This document shows, in pieces, positions 7,459 to 16,246 of a DNA stretch of 58,118 nt (the first letter of the stretch is position 1; each line of letters starts with the position of its first letter). The notes beneath the pieces were generated by a model, which saw only the letters and a program-made list of their open reading frames with translations, did no database searches and was not told the DNA's origin. This DNA is from a virus. Lineage: Duplodnaviria; Caudoviricetes. Location: IMG/VR virus record IMGVR_UViG_3300023272_000003, positions 1 through 58,118 of that record. The stretch is one strand, 5' to 3'. A program made the translations under genes and the position numbers.

Positions 7459-7821
7459 ATGAGACAAGAGAGATGGTTCAGTAATTCGGTGTATAAAGCT
7501 ACCGAACTCTGCGCGTTATACGGAGTGACAAATGCGCTTGAAGAAGCCATAGCAAAAAAGGCACTTGGCGCCTGCTGTTTTTGGCAGAAAGTCATTGATA
7601 CACTGGAGACTATCCGCGACGGTGCAATCGAGATTCTGGATGCCGATGGGCACGAGGCACAGATATATGCAAGTTCCCTAAAAACTCGCCTTATAGACTA
7701 CCGGGGCGCCCTCATGATATACACAGTCACACAGGCAGAGTTCTGGAAATACTTCCAAAAACATATTGAGCAGTTCATGGCTTCAGCACATACCGAAGTG
7801 TCCGGGGAAATCAATAAGTAG
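7459..7821 (+). CDS. hypothetical protein
   Basis: Leader ACGGAGGCATTGACCAATG identical to that of ORF 3002. Confidence 0.7.
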   Translation: MRQERWFSNSVYKATELCALYGVTNALEEAIAKKALGACCFWQKVIDTLETIRDGAIEILDADGHEAQIYASSLKTRLIDYRGALMIYTVTQAEFWKYFQKHIEQFMASAHTEVSGEINK

Positions 7822-7881
7822 ATTAACAGCGGTTGCCAGATCCGCAAAAACTGGCATTCCTTCTATAGAAAGGCAAACCTC

Positions 7882-8148
7882 TTGACGGACGACACCCGAC
7901 CCGACCGATTCACCGAGCACCAGCGCAAAGCCGGGAGCGCCAAGACAACACGCAAGGCGGCCTCTTCCCGGCAGAACCTGCCCAACGGAGGCGGCAGGCC
8001 CACCGGGGCACTGAACAAGAGCGTCAAGCCCTGCCTGGGGCCGGATCACTGTCCTGGCGGCGTACACCGGCAGCCTTGCCCGGTCTACCGCCGGGAAGCA
8101 GCGGCCCGCAGTCGGGAGGCGAAGCGCAAGGCAGCAGAGCAGCAGTGA
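7882..8148 (+). CDS. small basic CCHC protein, paralog 1
   Basis: GSAKTTRKAASSRQN..GGGRP; C-x5-C-x4-H-x3-C. Confidence 0.65.
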   Translation: MTDDTRPDRFTEHQRKAGSAKTTRKAASSRQNLPNGGGRPTGALNKSVKPCLGPDHCPGGVHRQPCPVYRREAAARSREAKRKAAEQQ

Positions 8149-8248
8149 GGCAGCACGGGACATCCTGGCTGCCGCGCGTCGGGCCGTGGGGAGTTGCGCA
8201 CCGGTGTAGAGAGGGGGAAAATAGTTTGCAAATTGGTATGATACGATC

Positions 8249-8277
8249 TTGACATAACCTAACAAGTAGTGTATACT
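8249..8277 (+). promoter_or_regulatory. consensus sigma70 promoter C
   Basis: TTGACA-17-TATACT with upstream GAAAATAGT. Confidence 0.8.
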
Positions 8278-8322
8278 ATGTATATCACAAACGCAGTTAC
8301 GAACTGCACAGGAGATAGGCAA

Positions 8323-8571
8323 ATGACGACCACAATGACCGAGCAGGAATTTGAGACGAAGCGCAAAGCAATCTGCAAAGAGTACGACGATCTGTTTGAG
8401 GCGACCAAGAAAGCTACATGGGACGCGAACTGGCCTGCTGGATGGCAAGAGACCGAGGACGCAATACTTGTACCCGCACAGGAAAAGCGCAAGGCGGCGC
8501 TTCGTGCGCTGGAAGAAGAATTTTACGGAACTGAGGACATCGTCGGTCTATTGTTCCCGGTAACTGAATAG
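8323..8571 (+). CDS. hypothetical protein
   Basis: AGGAG RBS after promoter C. Confidence 0.7.
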   Translation: MTTTMTEQEFETKRKAICKEYDDLFEATKKATWDANWPAGWQETEDAILVPAQEKRKAALRALEEEFYGTEDIVGLLFPVTE

Positions 8572-8632
8572 GCCGCCTAACCCTCGTCCCATTGCCCCAC
8601 CGGAGGCTTCGTATCCGGTACAGGAGAATCCT

Positions 8633-8893
8633 TTGAAGCCATTCGACGAGATCACCAAAGCCATACTGCTTGATGACAACGACGAACCCATTTCGGCAGA
8701 GGAGAACAACCAGCAGGCTGTGAACGAACTAATGCGGGACACAGTTACCGAGTGGGAATACCGTATTGCTCGCCTTAAGGATGATCTGACGGAGGAGTGG
8801 CAGCCAGGACAACGAGAGCGCATAGAGGCCCTGCACGAAGCCTACAGGCTTGCGTGGGAGCATCTGAGGCAAAGCGGGGCAGCAGACCAATAA
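8633..8893 (+). CDS. hypothetical protein
   Basis: AGGAG RBS then TTG start. Confidence 0.65.
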   Translation: MKPFDEITKAILLDDNDEPISAEENNQQAVNELMRDTVTEWEYRIARLKDDLTEEWQPGQRERIEALHEAYRLAWEHLRQSGAADQ

Positions 8894-8941
8894 TCATTTA
8901 ATCGAAAGGAGCCGGGACAGATCGCTGCCCCGGCATTAAAC

Positions 8942-9214
8942 ATGATGGAGCAAACAGAAGAGACACCAGAACAGAAGCGGCAGCGGATCAGCGCCGCCAG
9001 GGCAGCCGCAGGTAGTGTACGTAGCGAGCGCAAGGCTGCTGCGGTACGCCAAAACGGACAAAAAGGCGGCAGGCCAGTCGGCACGCAAAAGCCGTTGGAG
9101 GAGATCGCCTGCACGTGCAAGCAAGACCCGCACCATTGGTCATGCCGCCGGGAGCAGACCAGGGCGAAGAGGCAGAGCAGAGCGCGCCTGAAAAAAAGTT
9201 CGGCGGAAATCTGA
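8942..9214 (+). CDS. small basic CCHC protein, paralog 2
   Basis: GSVRSERKAAAVRQNGQKGGRP; CTC-x4-HH-x2-C. Confidence 0.75.
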   Translation: MMEQTEETPEQKRQRISAARAAAGSVRSERKAAAVRQNGQKGGRPVGTQKPLEEIACTCKQDPHHWSCRREQTRAKRQSRARLKKSSAEI

Positions 9215-9388
9215 AAATAGTCTAACGATCCCCCACCGCAAGGCCCCTTTCGTTTTGTTTCGGGAGGGGCCGGAAGCGTAGACGCCTGATGCAGATTCCT
9301 TTCGTTTTGCCCCGAATGCTCCCCAAAGCGATAACCGCACAACAACCGTCGTGTAAGTGCCCGTAAAATGGCGTTTTTGGCTCTGTTT

Positions 9389-9416
9389 CGCCAACATATG
9401 ACCAGTTATCGGACGT
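9389..9416 (-). other. dif-like 28-bp Xer recombination site
   Basis: ACGTCCGATAA-CTGGTC-ATATGTTGGCG: 11-6-11 layout in an intergenic gap between convergent genes. Confidence 0.5.
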
Positions 9417-9460
9417 TTGGCAATCAGGAGGCGGAACCTGCCTCCTGATTGGACAGAACC

Positions 9461-9688
9461 TCACCGTTTGCCGTCTGCGCGTCGTTGGCGCTGGTAGAGC
9501 GTGCGAGAGATCCGACAAGAAGCCTTGTGAGGCGGCACTCCGTTCCCACAGGTGCAGGGGATCTCTTCGACCGGCTTGACGCCACCAGTACCCTTCCATC
9601 CACCGAGCTTGCCATTTTCCCGCGATGCCGCCGCCTTCTTGTCTGTTTTTATGCTGCCCAGAGCGGCCCCTAATTCCTTCGGTGTCAA
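9461..9688 (-). CDS. small basic CCHC protein, paralog 3
   Basis: GSIKTDKKAAASRENGKLGG; CTC-x6-H-x3-C; TTG start after GGAGGAG. Confidence 0.75.
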   Translation of the reverse strand: MTPKELGAALGSIKTDKKAAASRENGKLGGWKGTGGVKPVEEIPCTCGNGVPPHKASCRISRTLYQRQRRADGKR

Positions 9689-9715
9689 ATGCTCCTCCTG
9701 CTTGTTCTTCAAATG

Positions 9716-9778
9716 ATTGTACTGCCTAACGATAGGGCACGTCAACAGTAGACACGGCCTAACGATAGGGGGTATAAT
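9716..9778. promoter_or_regulatory. divergent promoter pair with duplicated operator
   Basis: Minus TTGACG-18-TACAAT, plus TAGACA-18-TATAAT; GCCTAACGATAGGG in both spacers (9724-9737, 9757-9770). Confidence 0.8.
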
Positions 9779-9806
9779 ATGGTAACACATTGATAAGGAG
9801 CCGCCG

Positions 9807-10604
9807 GTGGAAGATCAACCTATTAAGCCTTACCAGAAATCATTCCCATGTCATAAAAATCGCTATGGTGCTATATGCCCATCCTGTTCCTATTCGATGT
9901 ACCTGCCGAAATTTTATCAAGGTGGATATATTTGTGGTAGTTGCTACAGCACGATAAAGAAGACAGAGAGGCAGCAAAAACACCAGGAGCGCAAACAAGA
10001 GCGTGAGGCTGAGCGCCGTCGTATTGAGGCAAGTCGGCAATCTGCATTACAACGCAAGATGGAGAAGGAACAGGAATCTGCTCGTTATCGGGAGGAGAGG
10101 GAAAACAGGCGGGAAGCAAATCGAATAGCACGACAGAGGTATAGAGAAATGTCTGCCACTGAGAGGCTGCGCGTAAGCGAGATTACCGCCGCTAAAAAGT
10201 TAGAAGAATTGCAATCAAAGCCAATCAACCAGCCAAAGCCCGAACCCACTTTGCTTGAAACATGGGCGCGTAAATGGGCTGTCCAAAGCAAGATAAAACG
10301 GCGGAATGAAAAGACTCCTATTCCATCAGGCTCGAAGCCGATAACCCCGGAATACCTGATGGAACTATGGGAGAAGCAAAAAGGTACATGTGCCCTTTCG
10401 GGTCGTCCTATGTCTCTTGTGAGGCCAGAAGGTGAAGGGACTTTTCAATCTTCTTTGGTCTCCGTAGACAGAATAGATAGCATGGTGGGCTACTGCCAAG
10501 AGAATATTCAACTGGTATGTTTAGCCGCCAACGTAATGAAAGCCAATACAGGCCTAACCGACTTCAAAGAGTGGTGCCGAAGCATAGCAAAGAGCGGGGA
10601 ATAA
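9807..10604 (+). CDS. HNH-like (His-Me finger) endonuclease with N-terminal Cys cluster
   Basis: LWEKQKGTCALSG...SVDRIDSMVGYCQENIQLVCLAANVMK; CxxC pairs at N-terminus. Confidence 0.75.
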   Translation: MEDQPIKPYQKSFPCHKNRYGAICPSCSYSMYLPKFYQGGYICGSCYSTIKKTERQQKHQERKQEREAERRRIEASRQSALQRKMEKEQESARYREERENRREANRIARQRYREMSATERLRVSEITAAKKLEELQSKPINQPKPEPTLLETWARKWAVQSKIKRRNEKTPIPSGSKPITPEYLMELWEKQKGTCALSGRPMSLVRPEGEGTFQSSLVSVDRIDSMVGYCQENIQLVCLAANVMKANTGLTDFKEWCRSIAKSGE

Positions 10605-10711
10605 ATTTTGCCCGGTGGCCGGAAGGCTGAAAAATGTTGGAGGTAAAGTAAATATTTTACGTTGCGATGTGGTATACTATAGAGGAGAGAACAAAAACAG
10701 GAGGGGCAAAA

Positions 10712-11299
10712 ATGGAACAGTTAAGCGAGTTGCCGAAAGGCGTTTGGGGCTGTGCTATGTGCGATATGGTATGCGCCGGGGAACTTGCGGTGGAAGCGTT
10801 CGGGGAAGTCGCGCGCGCAAAGGATTCAGGACTACCGCTGTTTACTTATATGTACCGGCGATTCGGGCCACCGTGGAGCGGTTCAGACGATCATAAAGAG
10901 GTTGCGTCTTACAAACTCACTACCTCCGACCCTCGCATATTTCTGGATGTTTCCATTAAGGGCTATGCGTTGGATTTCTGTTTCCGCTTCCTTATTACGA
11001 AGGAACTCCAAGACGAGTATTCTGCCTACATGGATCACAGGATATCCCAGGTCGGCCACAGGGAAGGCAGAGAGCCTAGAGCATGGCGCGAAGGCTCCCC
11101 GATTCGACAGCACGTCAACGAAGTGCTCATAGAGGCTATGAAAGAGCTTCTAAGGCCCGTGTGGGTTCGTGACATCCCTATGAACATCTTAGGACTTGTG
11201 GAAGAGGAGGACGCAGAGGACTCCGTCGAACCGTCCATCTATGCAGGCTACGGAGTACCCAAAGAGGCTATGGACGCACGCATTAAGGAGTTTGCCTGA
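10712..11299 (+). CDS. hypothetical protein
   Basis: GGAGG RBS; extended -10 TGGTATACT at 10670-10678. Confidence 0.7.
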   Translation: MEQLSELPKGVWGCAMCDMVCAGELAVEAFGEVARAKDSGLPLFTYMYRRFGPPWSGSDDHKEVASYKLTTSDPRIFLDVSIKGYALDFCFRFLITKELQDEYSAYMDHRISQVGHREGREPRAWREGSPIRQHVNEVLIEAMKELLRPVWVRDIPMNILGLVEEEDAEDSVEPSIYAGYGVPKEAMDARIKEFA

Positions 11300-11586
11300 T
11301 GTCTCCCAGTAAGGCGCAGGTAGGGCCGGAAATCAAATGCCGGTGCTGTGGCGGCACCGGCAAGATTCGCCTCCCTGTTGGGCAGTGGCGGGTCTACTCA
11401 CTGGTACAGCAGGGCTACCAGACCGCAAGCGAGATTTTCCAGCAGATCGAAGGACAGGAAGACATAGAGCAGAAGGCCGTCAGCATGAGGCTCAAGGCTC
11501 TGTTCGATGCAGGCCTGCTGATCCGCCACGACCAAAAGCGGGGCCGCCAATGGGTCTACGGGCTGGCGGCGAAGGAGGGGGAGTAA
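11299..11586 (+). CDS. CxxCxGxG zinc finger plus winged-HTH protein
   Basis: CRCCGGTG then TASEI...AVSMRLKALFDAGLLIR....WVY. Confidence 0.65.
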   Translation: MSPSKAQVGPEIKCRCCGGTGKIRLPVGQWRVYSLVQQGYQTASEIFQQIEGQEDIEQKAVSMRLKALFDAGLLIRHDQKRGRQWVYGLAAKEGE

Positions 11587-11587
11587 G

Positions 11588-11851
11588 ATGACAACCAGGA
11601 CAGATTTACCGCGGTTCGAGTGCTCGTTGGTGGGGCAGGACGACACGCTGTGCCCAATCTTTGCAGTAGATGAGCAACAGGCGGCAGAGGATTTTGTTTG
11701 CAATTGGGAGTGGCGCGCGTGCGAATTCACTGTTGCGTCAGGACAGAGGACCGTTCGGGTGCGGGTGAATGGCCGTGTGTTCGAGGTTAGCGGGGAAGCG
11801 GTTCCGAGTTACCGGGCGCGGCCTCTGTCGGCGCAAGAGCAGGAGGCTTAG
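11588..11851 (+). CDS. hypothetical protein
   Basis: GGGGAG RBS, tight packing. Confidence 0.65.
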   Translation: MTTRTDLPRFECSLVGQDDTLCPIFAVDEQQAAEDFVCNWEWRACEFTVASGQRTVRVRVNGRVFEVSGEAVPSYRARPLSAQEQEA

Positions 11852-11853
11852 AG

Positions 11854-11997
11854 ATGGCAAGCGAAACCGAGTGTCAGTGGCTGGAGCGCCGCGCAGCTGA
11901 GATTGAGGCCGAGGCCGCGTGGGTGGCCCGGATGCAGGAGCAGGAATTCCTGGCGGGGCTGTGGTCGGAGGTGTTTCCAGAGGCGGAGGAGGGGTAG
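11854..11997 (+). CDS. small hypothetical protein
   Basis: AGGAGG RBS; 47-aa ORF fills the gap exactly. Confidence 0.45.
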   Translation: MASETECQWLERRAAEIEAEAAWVARMQEQEFLAGLWSEVFPEAEEG

Positions 11998-11998
11998 G

Positions 11999-12718
11999 AT
12001 GAGTATTGAGACGACAGAGCGCAAACCCCGGTTGCAGTGGGGTGATGGGCAGTATTCAGTCTACCAAGCCTCTGAGGTGCCTGCATACGAAATGACGGTC
12101 TTCTACCGGGCAGGCGAATGGCGGTTGGAGATCAGAGGAGCCGACAAGGGCAACTATCCTGATCGCACGTCGGCCCAGATCGCGGCAGAGTCCTGGCTGC
12201 GGGAGGAGATCCGGCGCGTGGGGGCGCTTTTGGGCGAAGGAGAGGAGGGTGAGAAGCCTCAGGCGTTCAAGGATGCTTTTAAGTTCAACATCCTTGTCAG
12301 AGGTGAGGCGCAGGCCTGCTTCCGTGCCTACAATGCCGAGGAGGATGAAGACGGGCAGAAAGTTTCCGGCGAAGAACTTCACGGCATCAGTGCAGATGAT
12401 CCTGACGACGAATTCAGCCAGTATTTCGATTGTGCGATGGAAGGGCTAGGTGTCTACCAAGGCTGGATGCGCTTCGAGTTTGCAGGCGAAAAACTCTGGA
12501 CTATCACAGAATATCAGGCGATGTCGGCACTCTCGGAGGAGGAATTGAAGGCTCTTGCACTCTTTACGCAGGGACAATGGTCGGACGGTATCGGCGAGGG
12601 ATTCGAGCAAAAGCGATGCCTCAACTTCAGCGGCGGCAGCTTCTCTGTTTCCCCTTATGCGGACAGGCAGAACCTTACCATTAGTCAGTGCGGAGTAACA
12701 TGGGAGATCACGCCATGA
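11999..12718 (+). CDS. hypothetical protein
   Basis: GGAGG RBS; C-terminal GQWSDGIGEGFEQ segment. Confidence 0.65.
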   Translation: MSIETTERKPRLQWGDGQYSVYQASEVPAYEMTVFYRAGEWRLEIRGADKGNYPDRTSAQIAAESWLREEIRRVGALLGEGEEGEKPQAFKDAFKFNILVRGEAQACFRAYNAEEDEDGQKVSGEELHGISADDPDDEFSQYFDCAMEGLGVYQGWMRFEFAGEKLWTITEYQAMSALSEEELKALALFTQGQWSDGIGEGFEQKRCLNFSGGSFSVSPYADRQNLTISQCGVTWEITP

Positions 12719-13068
12719 GCAACGAGACGACGGCCCCCACGCGGCCCACCGACCAGGAGATCAACGCCCTCTGCGCCACGCTGTGCGGCTACCAAGTATT
12801 TGCTGACGACGCGCCCATTATGTTACAGGCGATGTCCTGCATACGGCAGAGCGAATGCCCTGACTTCTGCGGCAGTCGGCAACCATCGGCTGAGTGGCTT
12901 CTGCCGATGGTTGCCGAAGACGACAGGGCAGAATTTGTGCGGTATTTGTGGCGATCAGTGGACGTGCGGGACGTGTGGGCCTGCATGACATCCACGCCGC
13001 GCCAGCAAGTAGAGGCAGTGCTGCGGACATTGGGCAAGTGGCCTGCGGAGTGGGAGGAGAGCAGATGA
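12715..13068 (+). CDS. hypothetical protein
   Basis: ATGA coupling on both sides. Confidence 0.65.
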   Translation: MSNETTAPTRPTDQEINALCATLCGYQVFADDAPIMLQAMSCIRQSECPDFCGSRQPSAEWLLPMVAEDDRAEFVRYLWRSVDVRDVWACMTSTPRQQVEAVLRTLGKWPAEWEESR

Positions 13069-13664
13069 GTGAGGAGAGAGCGCCGTACGGGGAGCAGGAG
13101 GCACGCAAGCATCAGGTCTTTATGATTTCAGGTGATGCATATTACGGGCGGGAGATTGAGTGTGCCTGCGGTCAAGATTTCAACGATGAAGGCAGATTCA
13201 ACACCCACCAGCAAGAAGAGATAGACGCCTTGATTCAGCAAGCCGAGCAGCGCGGGCGGGAGGCACTGCTTTCAGAGATGGTTGAGGCGCATTTGCAGAA
13301 GTCCGTCGATGTACCAGACGATGAAAGGGATTGGGTACAGCAGGTTATGCGCCTGCTGTACGTCAACTTTGACGGTTTTATTACTGCTGCCGTCAAAGGG
13401 CAAAAGGCGTCTTTTGAGCGCGGACGGGAGGCGGGGTTGCGGGAGGCGCTGGAGTCTGTACGGCAGTTAGGGATTGAGATGGAGGATCTCAGGAAGGTTT
13501 CCCCTTTCACCTCCGACGCATGGTATGAGTATAACGCCAAGGTGAACACTGCTAAGGGAGCATATCAGCGCATCACCGCCCTGCTGCCCGCCACACTGCC
13601 CGGTGCGGAGACGGAGGAGAGACGAAGTCTACGAAAAAATAGAGCAACTGAAGAAACTCATTGA
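13065..13664 (+). CDS. hypothetical protein
   Basis: ATGA coupling; GGAG RBS. Confidence 0.6.
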   Translation: MSEERAPYGEQEARKHQVFMISGDAYYGREIECACGQDFNDEGRFNTHQQEEIDALIQQAEQRGREALLSEMVEAHLQKSVDVPDDERDWVQQVMRLLYVNFDGFITAAVKGQKASFERGREAGLREALESVRQLGIEMEDLRKVSPFTSDAWYEYNAKVNTAKGAYQRITALLPATLPGAETEERRSLRKNRATEETH

Positions 13665-13878
13665 AAGCCTGAGCGGGAAGCCTTGGGCCGAAATCGAATT
13701 CCTGTACGTGAATCACTACATGGACGATCCGCGCTGGTCTTCGACGAGCATTTACCCGCCCGGCAAGATCCACACGGGTACGACGATCACGATAGAATGC
13801 ACGACCACCTACGCGGAAGGCGAGTTGCCTCCAATGCGAGATGACACTGCCCCTCACGGCACCGCAGGCAGCTCGTAG
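13603..13878 (+). CDS. hypothetical protein (start uncertain)
   Basis: Overlaps previous ORF and converges on endolysin. Confidence 0.4.
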   Translation: MRRRRRDEVYEKIEQLKKLIESLSGKPWAEIEFLYVNHYMDDPRWSSTSIYPPGKIHTGTTITIECTTTYAEGELPPMRDDTAPHGTAGSS

Positions 13879-14291
13879 CAGTCCGTGATGATGTTGCGAC
13901 GGTTCTGCCAGGGCTGAGAGTTGACGCCCTTGCCTGAGCTGCACTCGTAGGTGCGGCCCATGTAGACCAGGACCACATGCCCGATGCCGCCCTGTGGCCG
14001 CTTGAAGCCGATAAAGAGCCGGTGTGGATCGTGGGCGGCAAATTCCACATCGGAGAACTTCGCGAGTTTATGGAAGCCCTGCTGCGCGCACCATTCGTTC
14101 TGGGTGGCGCTCCCGTCCGGCAGGCGCAACCCGGCCCGATCGAGGCACCACCGGACCCAGCCAGAACAGTCTGCTGTCGTGAAAGTGCTGCTGTCCGCGC
14201 CGAGGGTGGGCTTGGAACCGTAGAGGTACCGCACCCGCCCGGCGGTGTGGTCGTAGCACGTTTTGAACATCGAGATAGACGCTTTAGACAT
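13854..14291 (-). CDS. endolysin, NlpC/P60-like cysteine peptidase
   Basis: Y.YG...DCSGWV catalytic Cys and GHV His; AAGGAG RBS before ATG 14291. Confidence 0.8.
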   Translation of the reverse strand: MSKASISMFKTCYDHTAGRVRYLYGSKPTLGADSSTFTTADCSGWVRWCLDRAGLRLPDGSATQNEWCAQQGFHKLAKFSDVEFAAHDPHRLFIGFKRPQGGIGHVVLVYMGRTYECSSGKGVNSQPWQNRRNIITDCYELPAVP

Positions 14292-14306
14292 CCGAGGAGG
14301 CTCCTT

Positions 14307-14477
14307 ATGCTTATACCAATTCCCCCAAAGGAAGAATGGCCGGAACATATTCGAGAGATCAATGAGCGGTGGGATCGTTGGATCGCCGCCGCCGATGCCC
14401 GCAAGGCGAGAGAGGCAGAAGAGGCAGCAAAAGCAGAAAGCGCTCCTACCCCTGCTCCGTCGGCGGATCGGGAATAG
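14307..14477 (+). CDS. small hypothetical protein interleaved in lysis region
   Basis: GAGGAGG RBS then ATG 14307. Confidence 0.55.
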   Translation: MLIPIPPKEEWPEHIREINERWDRWIAAADARKAREAEEAAKAESAPTPAPSADRE

Positions 14478-14718
14478 CCTGCTGTGCCGCCCTGCGCCGC
14501 GTGTCCTGCCGCTGCTGGTTCATCGTGTCGAGGTCAGGCGCAATGCGGCTCTGGAGGGCCTTGAGGCCAACGGACACGCCGGTAATCAGGGCGGCGTTCC
14601 GGCTGTGGGACTCGCTGTAGGCGGCAAACCCACCCAGAAGGCCGGAGATCAGGACATCCAGCGCGATGCGGAAGACGGCCTGCCGGCTGATGGGCGGGTC
14701 GGGTAGGCGTGAGTTCAA
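14446..14718 (-). CDS. putative holin
   Basis: Two hydrophobic segments, charged C-terminus, upstream of endolysin. Confidence 0.5.
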   Translation of the reverse strand: MNSRLPDPPISRQAVFRIALDVLISGLLGGFAAYSESHSRNAALITGVSVGLKALQSRIAPDLDTMNQQRQDTRRRAAQQAIPDPPTEQG

Positions 14719-14745
14719 GGGGCGAGGCTCCTAGAGAGGGTTGAT

Positions 14746-15144
14746 ATGATGTGTCAGACGATAGAACAGGCGACGCGCCGTCTTGCAGAGTGCGAAGAGT
14801 TGGAGCGCATTGCGGCACTGAACTTTGCAGAGACGCAACGCAGAACACAACAAGCGAGAGAGAATCTGCGCTTATTGCAGGCGAAGCATAAACTCGAACA
14901 GGCCAAGTCTGCCGGGCAGAGCGATCTACCTATTTGCCGTCAGTGCTTTCAGCATGCACTTATCAGCATCATAGTAGTCGAAATGGATAGACAAGGGCGC
15001 ATTGACCAAATGACCAAAGAACAGATGCTCAACGGTGAATGGTACTGCGCCGCTTGCAGATGGCGCGGACGGCCTCACCCGCGCTTGACCGAAGAGGCAG
15101 AGACACTTACGGCCCCACCGGAGGCGTCAGACTCGCCGCGCTGA
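14746..15144 (+). CDS. coiled-coil plus zinc-ribbon protein interleaved in lysis region
   Basis: CRQC...CAAC; GAGAGG RBS. Confidence 0.6.
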   Translation: MMCQTIEQATRRLAECEELERIAALNFAETQRRTQQARENLRLLQAKHKLEQAKSAGQSDLPICRQCFQHALISIIVVEMDRQGRIDQMTKEQMLNGEWYCAACRWRGRPHPRLTEEAETLTAPPEASDSPR

Positions 15145-15502
15145 TAATGATCGGCTCTGCGATGGCGCAGTTGACCTCCCGCGCTCCGGTGGCGGTTCCG
15201 GTCGGCTGAGACAGCAGGGCAGAGTTCAGGGCAGTATTGAGCGTGGAGAGCGCCGCCGCGAGGGTCGCGTTCGTGGCCGCCTCTGACTGCACGGCTGTGT
15301 TCGACAGCACCGCATCCAGCGCCAGACACATAGGCCGGAACTGTGCCGAGCCGCTTGGGCTGTCGTTCAGAATGTCGATTATGTTCGTGGGGGCGGTGTC
15401 GCGGCGGGAACGTTTCGACGCCGCAGCGGGGCGCAGGAGGGCAAGGAAGCCCACCAGGGAAGCGAACAGGGCAGAACGGCGTGTAAGGGTGTTGCGTGAC
15501 AA
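15107..15502 (-). CDS. putative Tat-exported protein
   Basis: LTRRSALF twin arginine, hydrophobic h-region, AAA cleavage site; AGGAG RBS. Confidence 0.5.
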   Translation of the reverse strand: MSRNTLTRRSALFASLVGFLALLRPAAASKRSRRDTAPTNIIDILNDSPSGSAQFRPMCLALDAVLSNTAVQSEAATNATLAAALSTLNTALNSALLSQPTGTATGAREVNCAIAEPIIISAASLTPPVGP

Positions 15503-15532
15503 TGCGTGTTTCTCCTATCGAAAGGGGTTGTG

Positions 15533-15805
15533 ATGAACTGGAAAAGGTTTAGCGACGAGATGCCGCCGCCGTGCGAAGTAAACGAAGTGCAGTGGCTGGT
15601 GACATACTCCGAAGAGTCGGGCTATCGGCTGTCGAAGCGCAAGGGCGATACCGTCAAGATTGGTGAGTATGACTACTTCCTCGATGACGAAGAGGATATT
15701 GCAGGCGTCTGGTGGTGCCTCCTGACCAATCCCGAAACAGGACAGCCCGCAATGGGAGGAGGCCGCCGAATCGATTGGCAAGTGCCAGAAGGAACCACCC
15801 CATGA
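15533..15805 (+). CDS. DUF551-like hypothetical protein
   Basis: MNWKRFSDEMP...WW..L..P pattern. Confidence 0.55.
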   Translation: MNWKRFSDEMPPPCEVNEVQWLVTYSEESGYRLSKRKGDTVKIGEYDYFLDDEEDIAGVWWCLLTNPETGQPAMGGGRRIDWQVPEGTTP

Positions 15806-16110
15806 GCAAAATGACGCCGGAAGAGCGGGCGCGCCGAATCGAGTTTGACTATGGCGTTTCGGAGGAAGACTTTGCGCGAGTCGCCGCCGCGATCCGTGAG
15901 GCCGTAGCGGAGGCGTATGAGACATGCGCTAATATTGCCCGGAAAGAAAGATGGGACTTTTGCGCCCAAAACATGACAACACGGGAAGGATCGATGTTCG
16001 AGCAGGCATGGGCAGAAGCCGCAAAATCTATAGAAGAGGATATTTGCGCCCTTCAAGACGCCCTCACCGCCGCCCCGTTACCTCCCGCACAGGACCGCCC
16101 AGAAGGCTGA
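15802..16110 (+). CDS. hypothetical protein
   Basis: ATGA coupling; AAGGA RBS. Confidence 0.6.
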   Translation: MSKMTPEERARRIEFDYGVSEEDFARVAAAIREAVAEAYETCANIARKERWDFCAQNMTTREGSMFEQAWAEAAKSIEEDICALQDALTAAPLPPAQDRPEG

Positions 16111-16246
16111 TAACGAGGTCTAGACGGTCATACAGGCCCCGGAGGACAAGCCCGCAGAGGATCGCCCCCAGGACAATACCCAACACCATGCGGGTTATCT
16201 CCAGGCTGAGTCGCTCCTGCTCCTCCGGTGGGGCAGGGGCGCTCAA
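16064..16246 (-). CDS. small membrane protein
   Basis: One TM segment; coupled to 16243..16737. Confidence 0.5.
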   Translation of the reverse strand: MSAPAPPEEQERLSLEITRMVLGIVLGAILCGLVLRGLYDRLDLVISLLGGPVREVTGRR

